From assembly GCA_039000985.1 (NCBI GenBank), contig JAWBMD010000005.1:1-55520 (forward strand): a DNA stretch of 55,520 nucleotides. The letters are read 5' to 3'. This document shows positions 9,166 through 18,573 of this stretch, in pieces. The position numbers and the translations under genes were made by a program. Position 1 is the first letter of the stretch. Each line of letters begins with the position of its first letter. Origin of the DNA: Candidatus Aenigmatarchaeota archaeon. GTDB taxonomy: Archaea; Aenigmatarchaeota; Aenigmatarchaeia; CG10238-14; SpSt-28. The notes beneath the pieces were generated by a model that worked only from the letters and a program-made list of their open reading frames with translations, was not told where the DNA came from and ran no database searches.

Positions 9166-10306
9166 AAACCTTTATTAGTTTATTAACTATTTTACTCCAT
9201 GTAAATTGTCTTGCCTTTTTTTTATTATTTAAAGAAATCCTTTTGTAAAGCTTCTTATCTTTTAATAATAACTCAATACAACTAGCTAAAGATTTTATAT
9301 CACCATATTTAACTAAAAAACCATTTTCACCATTTTTTATTAAATATTCTGGTCCGTCACTCTCAACAGCTATTACTGGCTTACCCCTAGCGAAAGCTTC
9401 CAAGATAACAATCCCAAATGGTTCATAAATGCTAGGAAGAACTAATACACTAGAGAGAAAATATAGAGCAATTTTTTCATCCTCAGTAATATAACCTGTG
9501 AATATAACTGATAATTTATTGAGATTAATAAATTGTATAAGCTCCTTGTAGTATTTTTGGTCTTGAATTGGACCAACGATTATTAGTTTTAGTCCCTTTA
9601 TTGCTTTTGATAATTCATAAAAAGATTGTAATAAAAAATATAAACCCTTTGTTGGATGAATTCTTCCAACAAATAGAATTATTTTATCATTTTTTCTTAA
9701 ATTAAATCTTCTTATCACTAATCGAATCGCTTTCTCATTTACTTTTCTAAAAGTTGTATCACTTATACCGTTCGGAATTACAATTATTTTGTTCTTGTTA
9801 ACATGTTTAAAATACTTTATTTCAGAATTTGTTATCAATATTATCCTTGAAAAAAAGCGGTCAAAAACCCTGCCTAAAAAAAGATCATAAAACAAGATAA
9901 AAAATCTAGATAAAGATTTCCTAATAGTTGGCGGATGAAATGGTGAATGTGTGGTTAGTACACAAGGTATATTTTTAATTTTACAAATTAAAGCAGAAAG
10001 AATTGTATGAACATGTCTATAATTATGAACATGAATTATATCATACTTTTTTCTAATTAATTCTATAATAAATCCTGGCCAAACTTTACCAAAATCCCCT
10101 AAACTAAAAATTGTGTTAAATCTAAAAACTTTTATTCCATCTATTATTTCAAAACTTTTTTTTATTTTTCCGTCTCTTGAAGAATCAGAAGTCAAAACCT
10201 CGACTTCGTGCCCCTTATTTATTAATTCTTTAGAAATTTGAAAAACACTCTCTTCTAAACCCCCTTTTACAGGATAAAAAAATGGACAAATTTGAGCAAT
10301 CTTCAT
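9143..10306 (-). CDS. Family 4 (GT-B) glycosyltransferase
   Basis: The track ORF runs to 10354, but the likely start is MKIAQICPFFYPVKGG at 10306. GT4 signature: EPFGIVILEAFARGKPVIAVESDGPEYLIKNGENGFLV. Confidence 0.85.
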   Translation of the reverse strand: MKIAQICPFFYPVKGGLEESVFQISKELINKGHEVEVLTSDSSRDGKIKKSFEIIDGIKVFRFNTIFSLGDFGKVWPGFIIELIRKKYDIIHVHNYRHVHTILSALICKIKNIPCVLTTHSPFHPPTIRKSLSRFFILFYDLFLGRVFDRFFSRIILITNSEIKYFKHVNKNKIIVIPNGISDTTFRKVNEKAIRLVIRRFNLRKNDKIILFVGRIHPTKGLYFLLQSFYELSKAIKGLKLIIVGPIQDQKYYKELIQFINLNKLSVIFTGYITEDEKIALYFLSSVLVLPSIYEPFGIVILEAFARGKPVIAVESDGPEYLIKNGENGFLVKYGDIKSLASCIELLLKDKKLYKRISLNNKKKARQFTWSKIVNKLIKVYEEILEK

Positions 10307-10337
10307 TTTATTATATACTAACAAGTAAAAATAAATT

Positions 10338-11045
10338 ATGAAAAACCTTATCAAGAAACTATTAATAAATTTTTATCGAAGACTCCTATTAAAAAAAGCA
10401 ATTGAAAAGCTTCGAAAGTATGAACCTATTTCCATAAAAAATTTGGTAGATTTTTCATTCAGTTTTTATGTCGGTATAAACTACAAACATATAGGTATAT
10501 GTATAAAACCTACGCAAATTAGGGATGAGATAGAAGAACTATTAAAAATTATAACAAGAATCAAACTAAGAAATATTCTTGAAATTGGTACCGCAGATGG
10601 AGGAACTTTATTTCTTTTTTCAAAAATAGCAGGAAAAAACAGTAAGGTGATTAGTATAGATCTTCCAACTGGTTATCCGTTTTGGAGAACTCTACTATAC
10701 AAATCGTTTGCCCAAGATAATCAAAAAATATACTTAATTAGGGCAGATTCGCACAAAAAAGAAACTCTAAATGAAGTTAAACAAATTCTTAGTGAAAAAA
10801 AGCTTGATTTTCTTTTTATTGATGGAGATCATTCTTACTATGGGGTTAAAAAAGATTTTGAAATGTATGGGCAGTTAGTTAGAAGAGGTGGAATAATAGC
10901 ATTTCATGATATTGTGAGAGGTATTCGGAATGATGCTGGTGATGTATGGAAATTTTGGAAAAAAATTAAAAGTAATTACAAATATAAAGAGATAATCAAA
11001 GATTATAATCAAGATGGATATGGAATAGGTATCGTTTATGTCTAA
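10338..11045 (+). CDS. Class I SAM-dependent methyltransferase (CmcI / O-methyltransferase-like)
   Basis: ILEIGTADGGTLFLFS and DFLFIDGDHSYYGVKKDFEMYGQLVRRGGIIAFHDI. Divergent from the GT4 gene, with only ~31 nt between the starts. Confidence 0.75.
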   Translation: MKNLIKKLLINFYRRLLLKKAIEKLRKYEPISIKNLVDFSFSFYVGINYKHIGICIKPTQIRDEIEELLKIITRIKLRNILEIGTADGGTLFLFSKIAGKNSKVISIDLPTGYPFWRTLLYKSFAQDNQKIYLIRADSHKKETLNEVKQILSEKKLDFLFIDGDHSYYGVKKDFEMYGQLVRRGGIIAFHDIVRGIRNDAGDVWKFWKKIKSNYKYKEIIKDYNQDGYGIGIVYV

Positions 11046-12027
11046 TAATGAAGATTTCGTAGCATTAATAATTTTAAATTGGAACGGAAAGAAAATAACA
11101 GATAGACTTATCAATTCAATTTTAAACCTTACAATTTACAAAAATTATAAAATAGTAGTGGTTGATAACGGATCTGTAGATGATTCGGTAGGTTTCTTAC
11201 TAAAGAAATATAAAAAGAAAATTGATATATTGGAGTTAGACAAAAATTATGGATATTCAATAGGAATCAATAAAGGAATAGAATACGTAATTAAGAAATA
11301 TGATCCAGATTATCTTTTATTTCTTAATAATGATATGTTAATCGTAGATAAACTATGGATAGACAAGATGTTAGAACCTTTTAAATATAATGAAAAAATA
11401 ATGACAGTAGGATGTAATTTAATCTTTCCGGATGGAAAACTTCAGTATGAAGGCATAAGAAATTTTTCTAGAATTTTTCTTCCTTTTGAAGTATCAGCAA
11501 GAAAATATCCGAAGTATGAGAAAAAATTTAAATTAGTATATGTTGGCACTGGGGCACCTATGATTATTAAGAAAGAGGCAATTGAAAAGATTGGTTACTT
11601 CGATGAAGCCTTTACTCCATCTTCTAGCGAAGAAATAGACTATCTAATAAGAGTTAAAAAAGCCGGATATTACAATGCATATTGCTATAATACAAAAGTT
11701 GTACATTTTATGTCATTAACCTGGAAAAGATTTCCTGATCTTTATAGGTTTTGGTTAGTGAAAAGAAACATATTTTACTGCCATCTAAAACATTTTAAGA
11801 GATTTTTACCACTTGTTTTTATTGGACAACTTATAGCTACTATCATAGATAAAAAGAATGATTTAGAACCGTTTTCATTGAAAAACATAAAAATTAGGGA
11901 ATTTTGTATATTGATGGTGAGACAACTACTCCTTGCTTTTTTTGATGCACTTAGAATTTATCTATCTAAAAATAAAAAATTTTTCATTCAAAAACAAATT
12001 GAAAAACTAAATTCAATTTCTACTTAA
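11038..12027 (+). CDS. Family 2 glycosyltransferase (rhamnosyltransferase-like)
   Basis: ALIILNWNGKK...VVVDNGSVDDS...LNNDM. 8-nt overlap with the upstream methyltransferase. Confidence 0.8.
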   Translation: MSNNEDFVALIILNWNGKKITDRLINSILNLTIYKNYKIVVVDNGSVDDSVGFLLKKYKKKIDILELDKNYGYSIGINKGIEYVIKKYDPDYLLFLNNDMLIVDKLWIDKMLEPFKYNEKIMTVGCNLIFPDGKLQYEGIRNFSRIFLPFEVSARKYPKYEKKFKLVYVGTGAPMIIKKEAIEKIGYFDEAFTPSSSEEIDYLIRVKKAGYYNAYCYNTKVVHFMSLTWKRFPDLYRFWLVKRNIFYCHLKHFKRFLPLVFIGQLIATIIDKKNDLEPFSLKNIKIREFCILMVRQLLLAFFDALRIYLSKNKKFFIQKQIEKLNSIST

Positions 12028-12937
12028 TAATTCTGTAATTTTTATATATTATGGCAGAAAAAAAAGCTAGCATTACCAACACTATTCTTATCGGAAAATA
12101 TAAGTTAAAAGTTGTTTCACGTTTCTCATTTCTTTCTATCATACACTTAGCTAAACAGATTAATAACTCTTTAAAAACAGTAGTGAGTGGGAAATAACGT
12201 AAATGAAATATGAGAGCATTTTTAGTTGTAACAAAAATTCTCAAAAGTTTATTTACTTTCTCTACAGTTGTTTTTGACACTTTATGTATAACATTCGAAG
12301 TACCACAATAAAAAACCTTGAATCCTGCCTTTTTGGCTCGTATGCAAAAGTCACAATCTTCTGCAGAGAAGAGAAAAACCTCATCTAAATAACCTATTGT
12401 TTTAAAAACCTCAGTATTAATTAATACGCAACCAAACTGAGAAATATCAACTTCTTTAATAATGTCATGTTGGCCTCTATCTTTTTCTAATCGACCAACT
12501 ATTCTTATTCGATTGTTTATTAGCGATGTATAAGCATGCTGAATGGTTGTTCTATCAGGGTAAAGCAACTTACATCCTACAATACCAATTCTTTCATTTT
12601 CCTTAAAAACATTAATTACTTTGAGTAACCAATTCTTATCAAAGAATTCCAAATCATTATTCAACAAACCTATATATTTAGGGGAATACTTACTTAGAAC
12701 ATATTTAATTCCTCTATTCATACCACCTGCAAAACCATAATTTTTTTCTAATTCTAAAACTTCAACATCAGGAAAATGTTTTTTTATATATTCAACACTT
12801 CCATCCTGAGAACCATTATCTATTACCAATACTTTATAGTTTGGATATTTCGTAATTTTTAAGGTACGTAAACAATCCTTTGTCAATTCTTTACCATTCC
12901 AATTCAAAACCAGTAAACAAACCAAAGGTAAGTTCAT
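12020..12937 (-). CDS. Family 2 glycosyltransferase (paralog of 11038..12027)
   Basis: LLVLNWNGKELT...VIDNGSQDGS...LNNDLEF...AEDCDFCIR. Its 3' end overlaps the convergent GT2 gene by 8 nt. Confidence 0.85.
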   Translation of the reverse strand: MNLPLVCLLVLNWNGKELTKDCLRTLKITKYPNYKVLVIDNGSQDGSVEYIKKHFPDVEVLELEKNYGFAGGMNRGIKYVLSKYSPKYIGLLNNDLEFFDKNWLLKVINVFKENERIGIVGCKLLYPDRTTIQHAYTSLINNRIRIVGRLEKDRGQHDIIKEVDISQFGCVLINTEVFKTIGYLDEVFLFSAEDCDFCIRAKKAGFKVFYCGTSNVIHKVSKTTVEKVNKLLRIFVTTKNALIFHLRYFPLTTVFKELLICLAKCMIERNEKRETTFNLYFPIRIVLVMLAFFSAIIYKNYRIIK

Positions 12938-13500
12938 AATTAAAAATTAAGTTAAGTTAAATTTAACTGTTTGTTAAATAAAGAAATTTGTGACAAAATA
13001 GTAAATATGATTTTGATTCATTTTTCTTTATTAGTACACACATCTATGGATATAAAAAACCTGAAGAAAAGAATACAATTTTGATTCAATCTCTATTTAT
13101 TATCCATTATATCAATGTCGTAATAAATTAAAAGGGAAAATATTTCAAAAGAGAAACCGAAAGTAATTCTAAAAATTATGCCGAGAATTGGGGGTGAGAA
13201 ATTTTCACTCATGTTCTATAAAGAAAAGTATAAGCATAACATCTCTTAATTTTATTAAAACTCATTCAACAAGTAAAAAGATTTATTCATAAAAAGTAAC
13301 TCTCGGTAACTAAAAAGATTTAAAATTATTAGAAAACTCCCGATAAAGATAAAATAATAGATGTGTCGTTTATCGGTAAGTAATGATTATTGGGAAAAAC
13401 GAAAGTTGGTAGATTGTTGTTTTAAAAAATAAAATTTTCATATTAGATTTATATATAAAGTCTGTAGTACTAGATTTATATTAAAGAGAAGAATTTATTC

Positions 13501-14277
13501 TCAAATTTCTTCAATTTTATACTCTTTCCATCTTGTGGACTTTAAAACCATATTTTTTGTAAGTTTTGGTGAGTCTGGATTTTCATTATAATATTCTTCC
13601 AAAGTCATAGGTTGTACATTTTCGCTTTCTGGGCAAAGTTTAGCTAATTCGTACATAGATAATACCCTATTTCCAATTATATGTATAATTCCTGTTTGAT
13701 TCGCTTCTATAACTTCTTTTATACCTTTTGCAAGTTGATGTGCAAACAAATAGTTGCTTTTTCTATCTACAAAAGCCTTAGGGTATGGCCACTTTTCGTA
13801 GGGTACAAAATTCCCCCTTATAATCAACCATTTTAATTTACTTCTTCTAACAACCATTTCTTGAATAGCTTTACAAAAACCATAGTAATTATCTGGATTA
13901 TAAATGTAGTTTTCGTCTTTGGGATTTTCATCCTCACCAGAAAACACACATGGTGTCGACATTAAAACGAAATAACATTGTGGAGAAAATATTTCGCAAG
14001 CATCTACCAAATTTATAGTACCTTCTACAGTTATTCTCCAAGATTCTACTTTATTTTTCTCACACCTAGGTGGAGAGGTTAAAGCAGCTAGATGAATTAT
14101 TATTTCAGGTTTATTTTTTTCAATTATTTCGAATACCTTGTTTCTGTCTTCAACAGGCATATCTTTATGTGATAGTGCTATTACATTATATTTTTTGTCA
14201 CTCATAAAAAGTATCATTAACGGTTTTCCTAGTCTACCAGAAGATCCTGTTATCAGTATTTTTGTTTTTTCTTTCAT
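13501..14277 (-). CDS. Extended SDR, dTDP-4-dehydrorhamnose reductase (RmlD)-like sugar-nucleotide reductase
   Basis: ILITGSSGRLGKPL is a Rossmann motif and YGFCKAIQE is YxxxK. 258 aa. Confidence 0.7.
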   Translation of the reverse strand: MKEKTKILITGSSGRLGKPLMILFMSDKKYNVIALSHKDMPVEDRNKVFEIIEKNKPEIIIHLAALTSPPRCEKNKVESWRITVEGTINLVDACEIFSPQCYFVLMSTPCVFSGEDENPKDENYIYNPDNYYGFCKAIQEMVVRRSKLKWLIIRGNFVPYEKWPYPKAFVDRKSNYLFAHQLAKGIKEVIEANQTGIIHIIGNRVLSMYELAKLCPESENVQPMTLEEYYNENPDSPKLTKNMVLKSTRWKEYKIEEI

Positions 14278-15221
14278 TTTTTTCTCATCTCTCTCAAAAC
14301 TTCAATATTGTAATAAATTGATGAATAAGGATTTTTTATTTCCCCAGTCTTTATAGAATTAGCTATTTCTTTAATACCCTTATTTAAGGAGCTCACATCT
14401 GTCTTTATTTTGAAATAGTTTTCAGCCTTCTTTGTGCTAACTCTATAATCTCTAGGATCTACTATTTCTTTTTTAATATCCATTTCGCAACCTAAATTCT
14501 TACTAATTAGTTGGCCTAATTTGAGTATTTTTATATTGAAGCTAGAGATATTAAAAATTTCTTTTGGAAAACAATTATTCTCTATAGTTTTATAGTAAAA
14601 TTCGATTGCATCCTTCATGTATAAAAAAGGTCTCCATTGATTACCACCAAATATTGTTATTTTTTTCTTTATTACTGCATCAGCTACAAACTTATTAAGT
14701 ACGAGATCGAACCTCATTCTATCTGATAAACCAAAAATTGTTCCCATTCTAAAAATCACATAATTTATTTTCGATCTTTCTATGTAGTTTTCAGCAGCAA
14801 GCTTTGTTAAAGCATAAATCGAAAGTGGTAAAGTCTTCGACCGTTCTGTTAGCAAATTTTTACTGGCTCCATAAACACTACAAGTAGAAGAAAAAATCAA
14901 TTTCTTATTATACTTCTTTGCTAATATTATTATTTTTTTCGTCCCATTCAAGTTAATGTCTACAGCTTCTTCTTTGATTAAATCACAGGCTGGATCACCA
15001 ACAATAGCGGCCAAATGGATTATTACATCAGATTCTTTAATTAATTTAATAGACCTTTGAGATAATCTTCTAACATCTTCTTTTATTATACTGCTACCTA
15101 CGTTTAAAAAATTCTTATATAAACAGGAATCTATAATATAAACTTTAAACCCTTTCCTTTCAAGAAATTTCGACAATTCAGCTCCTAGATATCCCAATCC
15201 ACCTGTTATAATAATTTTCAT
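14274..15221 (-). CDS. NAD-dependent sugar-nucleotide epimerase/dehydratase (extended SDR)
   Basis: IIITGGLGYLGAEL and YALTKLAAE (YxxxK). 4-nt overlaps with both neighbours. Confidence 0.8.
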   Translation of the reverse strand: MKIIITGGLGYLGAELSKFLERKGFKVYIIDSCLYKNFLNVGSSIIKEDVRRLSQRSIKLIKESDVIIHLAAIVGDPACDLIKEEAVDINLNGTKKIIILAKKYNKKLIFSSTCSVYGASKNLLTERSKTLPLSIYALTKLAAENYIERSKINYVIFRMGTIFGLSDRMRFDLVLNKFVADAVIKKKITIFGGNQWRPFLYMKDAIEFYYKTIENNCFPKEIFNISSFNIKILKLGQLISKNLGCEMDIKKEIVDPRDYRVSTKKAENYFKIKTDVSSLNKGIKEIANSIKTGEIKNPYSSIYYNIEVLREMRKK

Positions 15222-15688
15222 CTATTTTTCACCCTAAAAAATTCCAAAAAGTTATCTGGCGGTATTCTGTAATCATCTTTTAATGATTCCTCTAAAGATA
15301 ACGAAGAAGCGCCCAATAATATTGTATAATCTTCAAGCGCTCTCCATCCATTATAATAGCTTGGTGGGATGATGAGGACTTCTGGCTTTTTTTCTGATAA
15401 AACAAATGTTTGTGTTTTTTCAGTTGGAATATCTGTTGGACTTAGCACAAATTTAACCGAACCCTTTATAACAATAAAATATTTCCATTCTATCTTATGA
15501 AAATGCATTCCTCTTATAGTATCTTTTAAAAAATTTTCAACCTTATAAATTCTTTTTATTGGTGGTAATTCTTCGTAGTTTATACCATCAAAACTAATCT
15601 TGCTGTTTATAACATCGAACAACTGCCAAAGACATCCTCTATCATCAATAACTATTTTAATAGGTAATTTTTTCGGTACGTACATCAT
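15218..15688 (-). CDS. Cupin-fold sugar-nucleotide isomerase/epimerase (WxcM/FdtA-like)
   Basis: 156 aa. Has the RGMHFH motif and sits upstream of the two SDR genes. The family assignment is tentative. Confidence 0.55.
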   Translation of the reverse strand: MMYVPKKLPIKIVIDDRGCLWQLFDVINSKISFDGINYEELPPIKRIYKVENFLKDTIRGMHFHKIEWKYFIVIKGSVKFVLSPTDIPTEKTQTFVLSEKKPEVLIIPPSYYNGWRALEDYTILLGASSLSLEESLKDDYRIPPDNFLEFFRVKNR

Positions 15689-15788
15689 AAGAATAATTTA
15701 ATACATAACTATTTAAATATAATTTACTATGAAATTGTTATAAAAAAGCAAAATTAGTACATCAATTAACAATAGCTACCATAAAAAG

Positions 15789-17027
15789 CTAAAAAGCTAA
15801 TTCAAACAAAGGTAAAAATTCTATTTCAACCTCATCTAACCTTTTCACTTCTCTATCTTTACCTTCATGCAATAAAACACCTTTATTTAATTTCAGTCTC
15901 TTTAAAAGCTTAAAAAATTCAATTTCAGCTACAGATTTAACCTCAACAGGAATTAATTCTTTGTTTTTTAAAATAAAATCAATTTCCTTATTTCCTTTTC
16001 TCCAATAAAACTTTGCATCAAGTAAAGAAGAAGCTATACACTCTAATAACTTACCTTTTTCTATTTCCTTGTAAAGACCAAAAATTAATGACCAGTGATA
16101 TGGATAAACTTTCTGAAGTTTTCTACTAGCTACCAACATCGAAATTCTAAAATTTTTCACAACTCTTATTAAATAGGAAAATTTCAAGTAAAACAAATGG
16201 TTTTGTAAAGTCTTTTTTGCTATATGCAAATTTTTAGCAAGGTTATTTAAATTCAAAGTCATTCCCGGATTTTGATAGAATATCTCAATTAAGCTGAAAA
16301 GTAACCCCTCATTTACGTTTTTAAATTTTTTTGGTAAGTCTTGATAAATTATTTTACCAACGACATTCTCCCTCAAATACTCCATTATTCTCTTCTCCTC
16401 GCTCTCTTTAACTATTTCTGGAAATGGCTTTTTTACATATTCAGGAAAGGATAGAAAGAGCTCTTCTCTCCATATTTCAAAATTATCAACCTTTTTACCA
16501 GTTTTTAATTCAAAAAATTCTTTTAAAGAAAGTGGCTCAACTCTTAAAAGAAAATGTCTTCCAACTAGATTTGAATAAGCTTCCCTCTCTAATTCTACTG
16601 AACTTGAACCAGAAACGAAAAACTTTATGTTTGGAAAATTATCATAAAAAAGTTTTAACTTAGAAGCCCAACCATCTAATTTATGTATTTCATCAAGAAA
16701 AACATAGATTTTTTCATTTTTCCACTCAACATTAGTTATCCTTTGATACTCGTCTAAAATTTTCTTAATATCCTCTACTTTTTCATCAAATGAAAAATAT
16801 AATACATGAGTTGGCTTTACTTTTTTTAACATTTCTTGAATAAGCTGGAAAAAAAGTGTAGTTTTACCAACCCTTCTTAAACCCGTTACTACAATTATTT
16901 GTCTTATATCGACCATTTCTTTAAGCTGTTTAAAAACATCTCGTCTAAAAAATGGAGCTAATTCCTCCTTAACCTTTTCCGTTGTCCACCATTCATTTTC
17001 AATTCTTAAAACCTCATCTATCTTCAT
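15789..17027 (-). CDS. AAA+ ATPase with C-terminal PD-(D/E)xK-like (DUF4143-type) domain, intact copy
   Basis: TGLRRVGKTT is Walker A and VFLDEIH is Walker B. The C-terminal KEIDFILKNKELIPVEVKS is a nuclease-like E-x-D ... E-x-K pattern. Confidence 0.8.
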   Translation of the reverse strand: MKIDEVLRIENEWWTTEKVKEELAPFFRRDVFKQLKEMVDIRQIIVVTGLRRVGKTTLFFQLIQEMLKKVKPTHVLYFSFDEKVEDIKKILDEYQRITNVEWKNEKIYVFLDEIHKLDGWASKLKLFYDNFPNIKFFVSGSSSVELEREAYSNLVGRHFLLRVEPLSLKEFFELKTGKKVDNFEIWREELFLSFPEYVKKPFPEIVKESEEKRIMEYLRENVVGKIIYQDLPKKFKNVNEGLLFSLIEIFYQNPGMTLNLNNLAKNLHIAKKTLQNHLFYLKFSYLIRVVKNFRISMLVASRKLQKVYPYHWSLIFGLYKEIEKGKLLECIASSLLDAKFYWRKGNKEIDFILKNKELIPVEVKSVAEIEFFKLLKRLKLNKGVLLHEGKDREVKRLDEVEIEFLPLFELAF

Positions 17028-17062
17028 AAGTATATTTAAAGAAACTAATATTTAAAATTTTA

Positions 17063-17078
17063 GTTTCCAACTGGAAAC
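17063..17078. promoter_or_regulatory. Palindrome gtttcca-ac-tggaaac upstream of the ATPase gene, flanked by near-identical AT-rich words
   Basis: It has 7-bp perfect arms and a 2-nt spacer and lies 36-51 nt upstream of the ATG at 17027. It is flanked by aatatttaaaatttta and aatatttaaattttaa. TATA-like tttaaata sequences lie between it and the start. Confidence 0.3.
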
Positions 17079-17369
17079 CAATATTTAAATTTTAAATCAA
17101 AAACTAATAATTATGAAAACAAACTGGGTTCTTTAATTTTTTATTAAAAAACATAAAAATAGATTACAAAACATTGTAAACTAAAGTATTAAAAGGATGA
17201 AAAAATTACTAAGAAAAATATTTGATAATTTAGAAGAAAATAAAATGATAAGATAGTAATTGAACGGTTTTTTGATATGAAAGGGGTTGAAAGACAGCCT
17301 TATATAAAAAATTTTTATAGCAAAAATTGGCTTCTAATAAGAAAAAATTGTACAAAAATAGAACGAAAA

Positions 17370-18173
17370 CTATTTCTCTGCTAAGAAATTTCTGTCATCT
17401 ATTCTAACTACACTTTTATAACCAAGTTCATTAAGTATTTTTTCACATTTTTGTAAGTGTTCTCTATTGTGACTCTCGAAAATAATTCTTGCATTAGTTT
17501 GTTTAAGTGTTCTCCTTGCACCCTCTAATATATCTGGTTCTGCTCCTTGCACATCTAACTTAATCAGTTTTATTAATTTTGGATTAACTTTTAATTTTTT
17601 TACTATTTGATCAATAGTAATTGTTTTTACTTCTTGGTATTTACTGGTTTTCTTATAAATAGAATGTCCGTCTATACCAATCGCTGGAACTAAATAAAGC
17701 TTTAGTTTGGATGCTTTAGAATAAAGCGCTAAATTCAATGGAATAACATTATTTAACTTGTTGATAGCAATGTTATTAAGTAACGCTTGAAAATTTCCTC
17801 TTTCTGGCTCAAATGAAATAACCATTCCTTTATTTCTAAGTTTACGGGCAACCATTATTGTATATCTTCCAATATGTGCACCAACATCTATGAAGATGCC
17901 TCTATTTATTTGAAAATATTTTCTAAGTTTTATTTCATAATCTTCTCTAACATAAAAAGAATCCCAACTTCTTTTTCTACAAAAATAAATACCGTCCTTT
18001 GTTCTAATAAGTACATCTGAAAGAAAAAACAGTTTAAAATAATCAAACTTTTTAATCATCCAAATGGGATAAGTTAACGTACGAAAAATATAAAAAAGTA
18101 ATAGAAAAATTTTTCCTTTTGTGCCAGAAACTGTTTTAAGTTGCTTTATTAACCATTGAAACTTTGTTATCAT
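17370..18173 (-). CDS. FkbM-family methyltransferase
   Basis: IDVGAHIGRYTIMVA...VISFEPERGNFQALLNNIAINKLNNV...KLDVQGAEPDIL. Confidence 0.75.
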   Translation of the reverse strand: MITKFQWLIKQLKTVSGTKGKIFLLLFYIFRTLTYPIWMIKKFDYFKLFFLSDVLIRTKDGIYFCRKRSWDSFYVREDYEIKLRKYFQINRGIFIDVGAHIGRYTIMVARKLRNKGMVISFEPERGNFQALLNNIAINKLNNVIPLNLALYSKASKLKLYLVPAIGIDGHSIYKKTSKYQEVKTITIDQIVKKLKVNPKLIKLIKLDVQGAEPDILEGARRTLKQTNARIIFESHNREHLQKCEKILNELGYKSVVRIDDRNFLAEK

Positions 18174-18212
18174 AAATAAATTTTGCTAAAAAGGATTGAA
18201 ACAAATATATAA

Positions 18213-18544
18213 GAAATAATTTTGAATGTTGGTTGTGGTGGCGAGACTTATCTTTCAAGAAAAGAAGAAAACTTTTGACGAATTTTATTTAAGTATTAAT
18301 AACATATAATGCAAGTTTTAATTTTCGGTTCAGAAATACATTAAGAAGGTGATGGTGGTGAAAAGAATATTCACTACTCAATTTTAAGTGTAAAGCATTT
18401 TAAAAATCATTCAAAAGCTATTGACTCGAAAAACATAAGAATAGAATACAAAGATGCATGTGCTTCAATGATAAAGTAATTACAGTACTGTTGAAGAAAA
18501 ATGTATTTCAACACCTAAAAGATGGAACATATAGAAAATGGTGA
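18213..18544 (+). pseudogene. Relic of a third copy of the small SAM methyltransferase family
   Basis: 18213-18278 reads EIILNVGCGGETYLSRKEENF-stop (compare KKILNVGCGRDTYGTDFVD at 8644..9165). 18485-18544, in a different frame, reads VLLKKNVFQHLKDGTYRKW-stop (compare SKNLFEHLRNPGF). There are stops and frame changes in between. Confidence 0.55.
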
Positions 18545-18573
18545 TTTTTATTTTACAGAGCAATTAATAAAAC

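Noticed and set aside
13300-13400. 8-bp inverted repeat ccgataaa / tttatcgg in the 12938-13500 gap
   Set aside because: The stem is short with a ~20-nt loop. It has no supporting conservation or context and could easily arise by chance.
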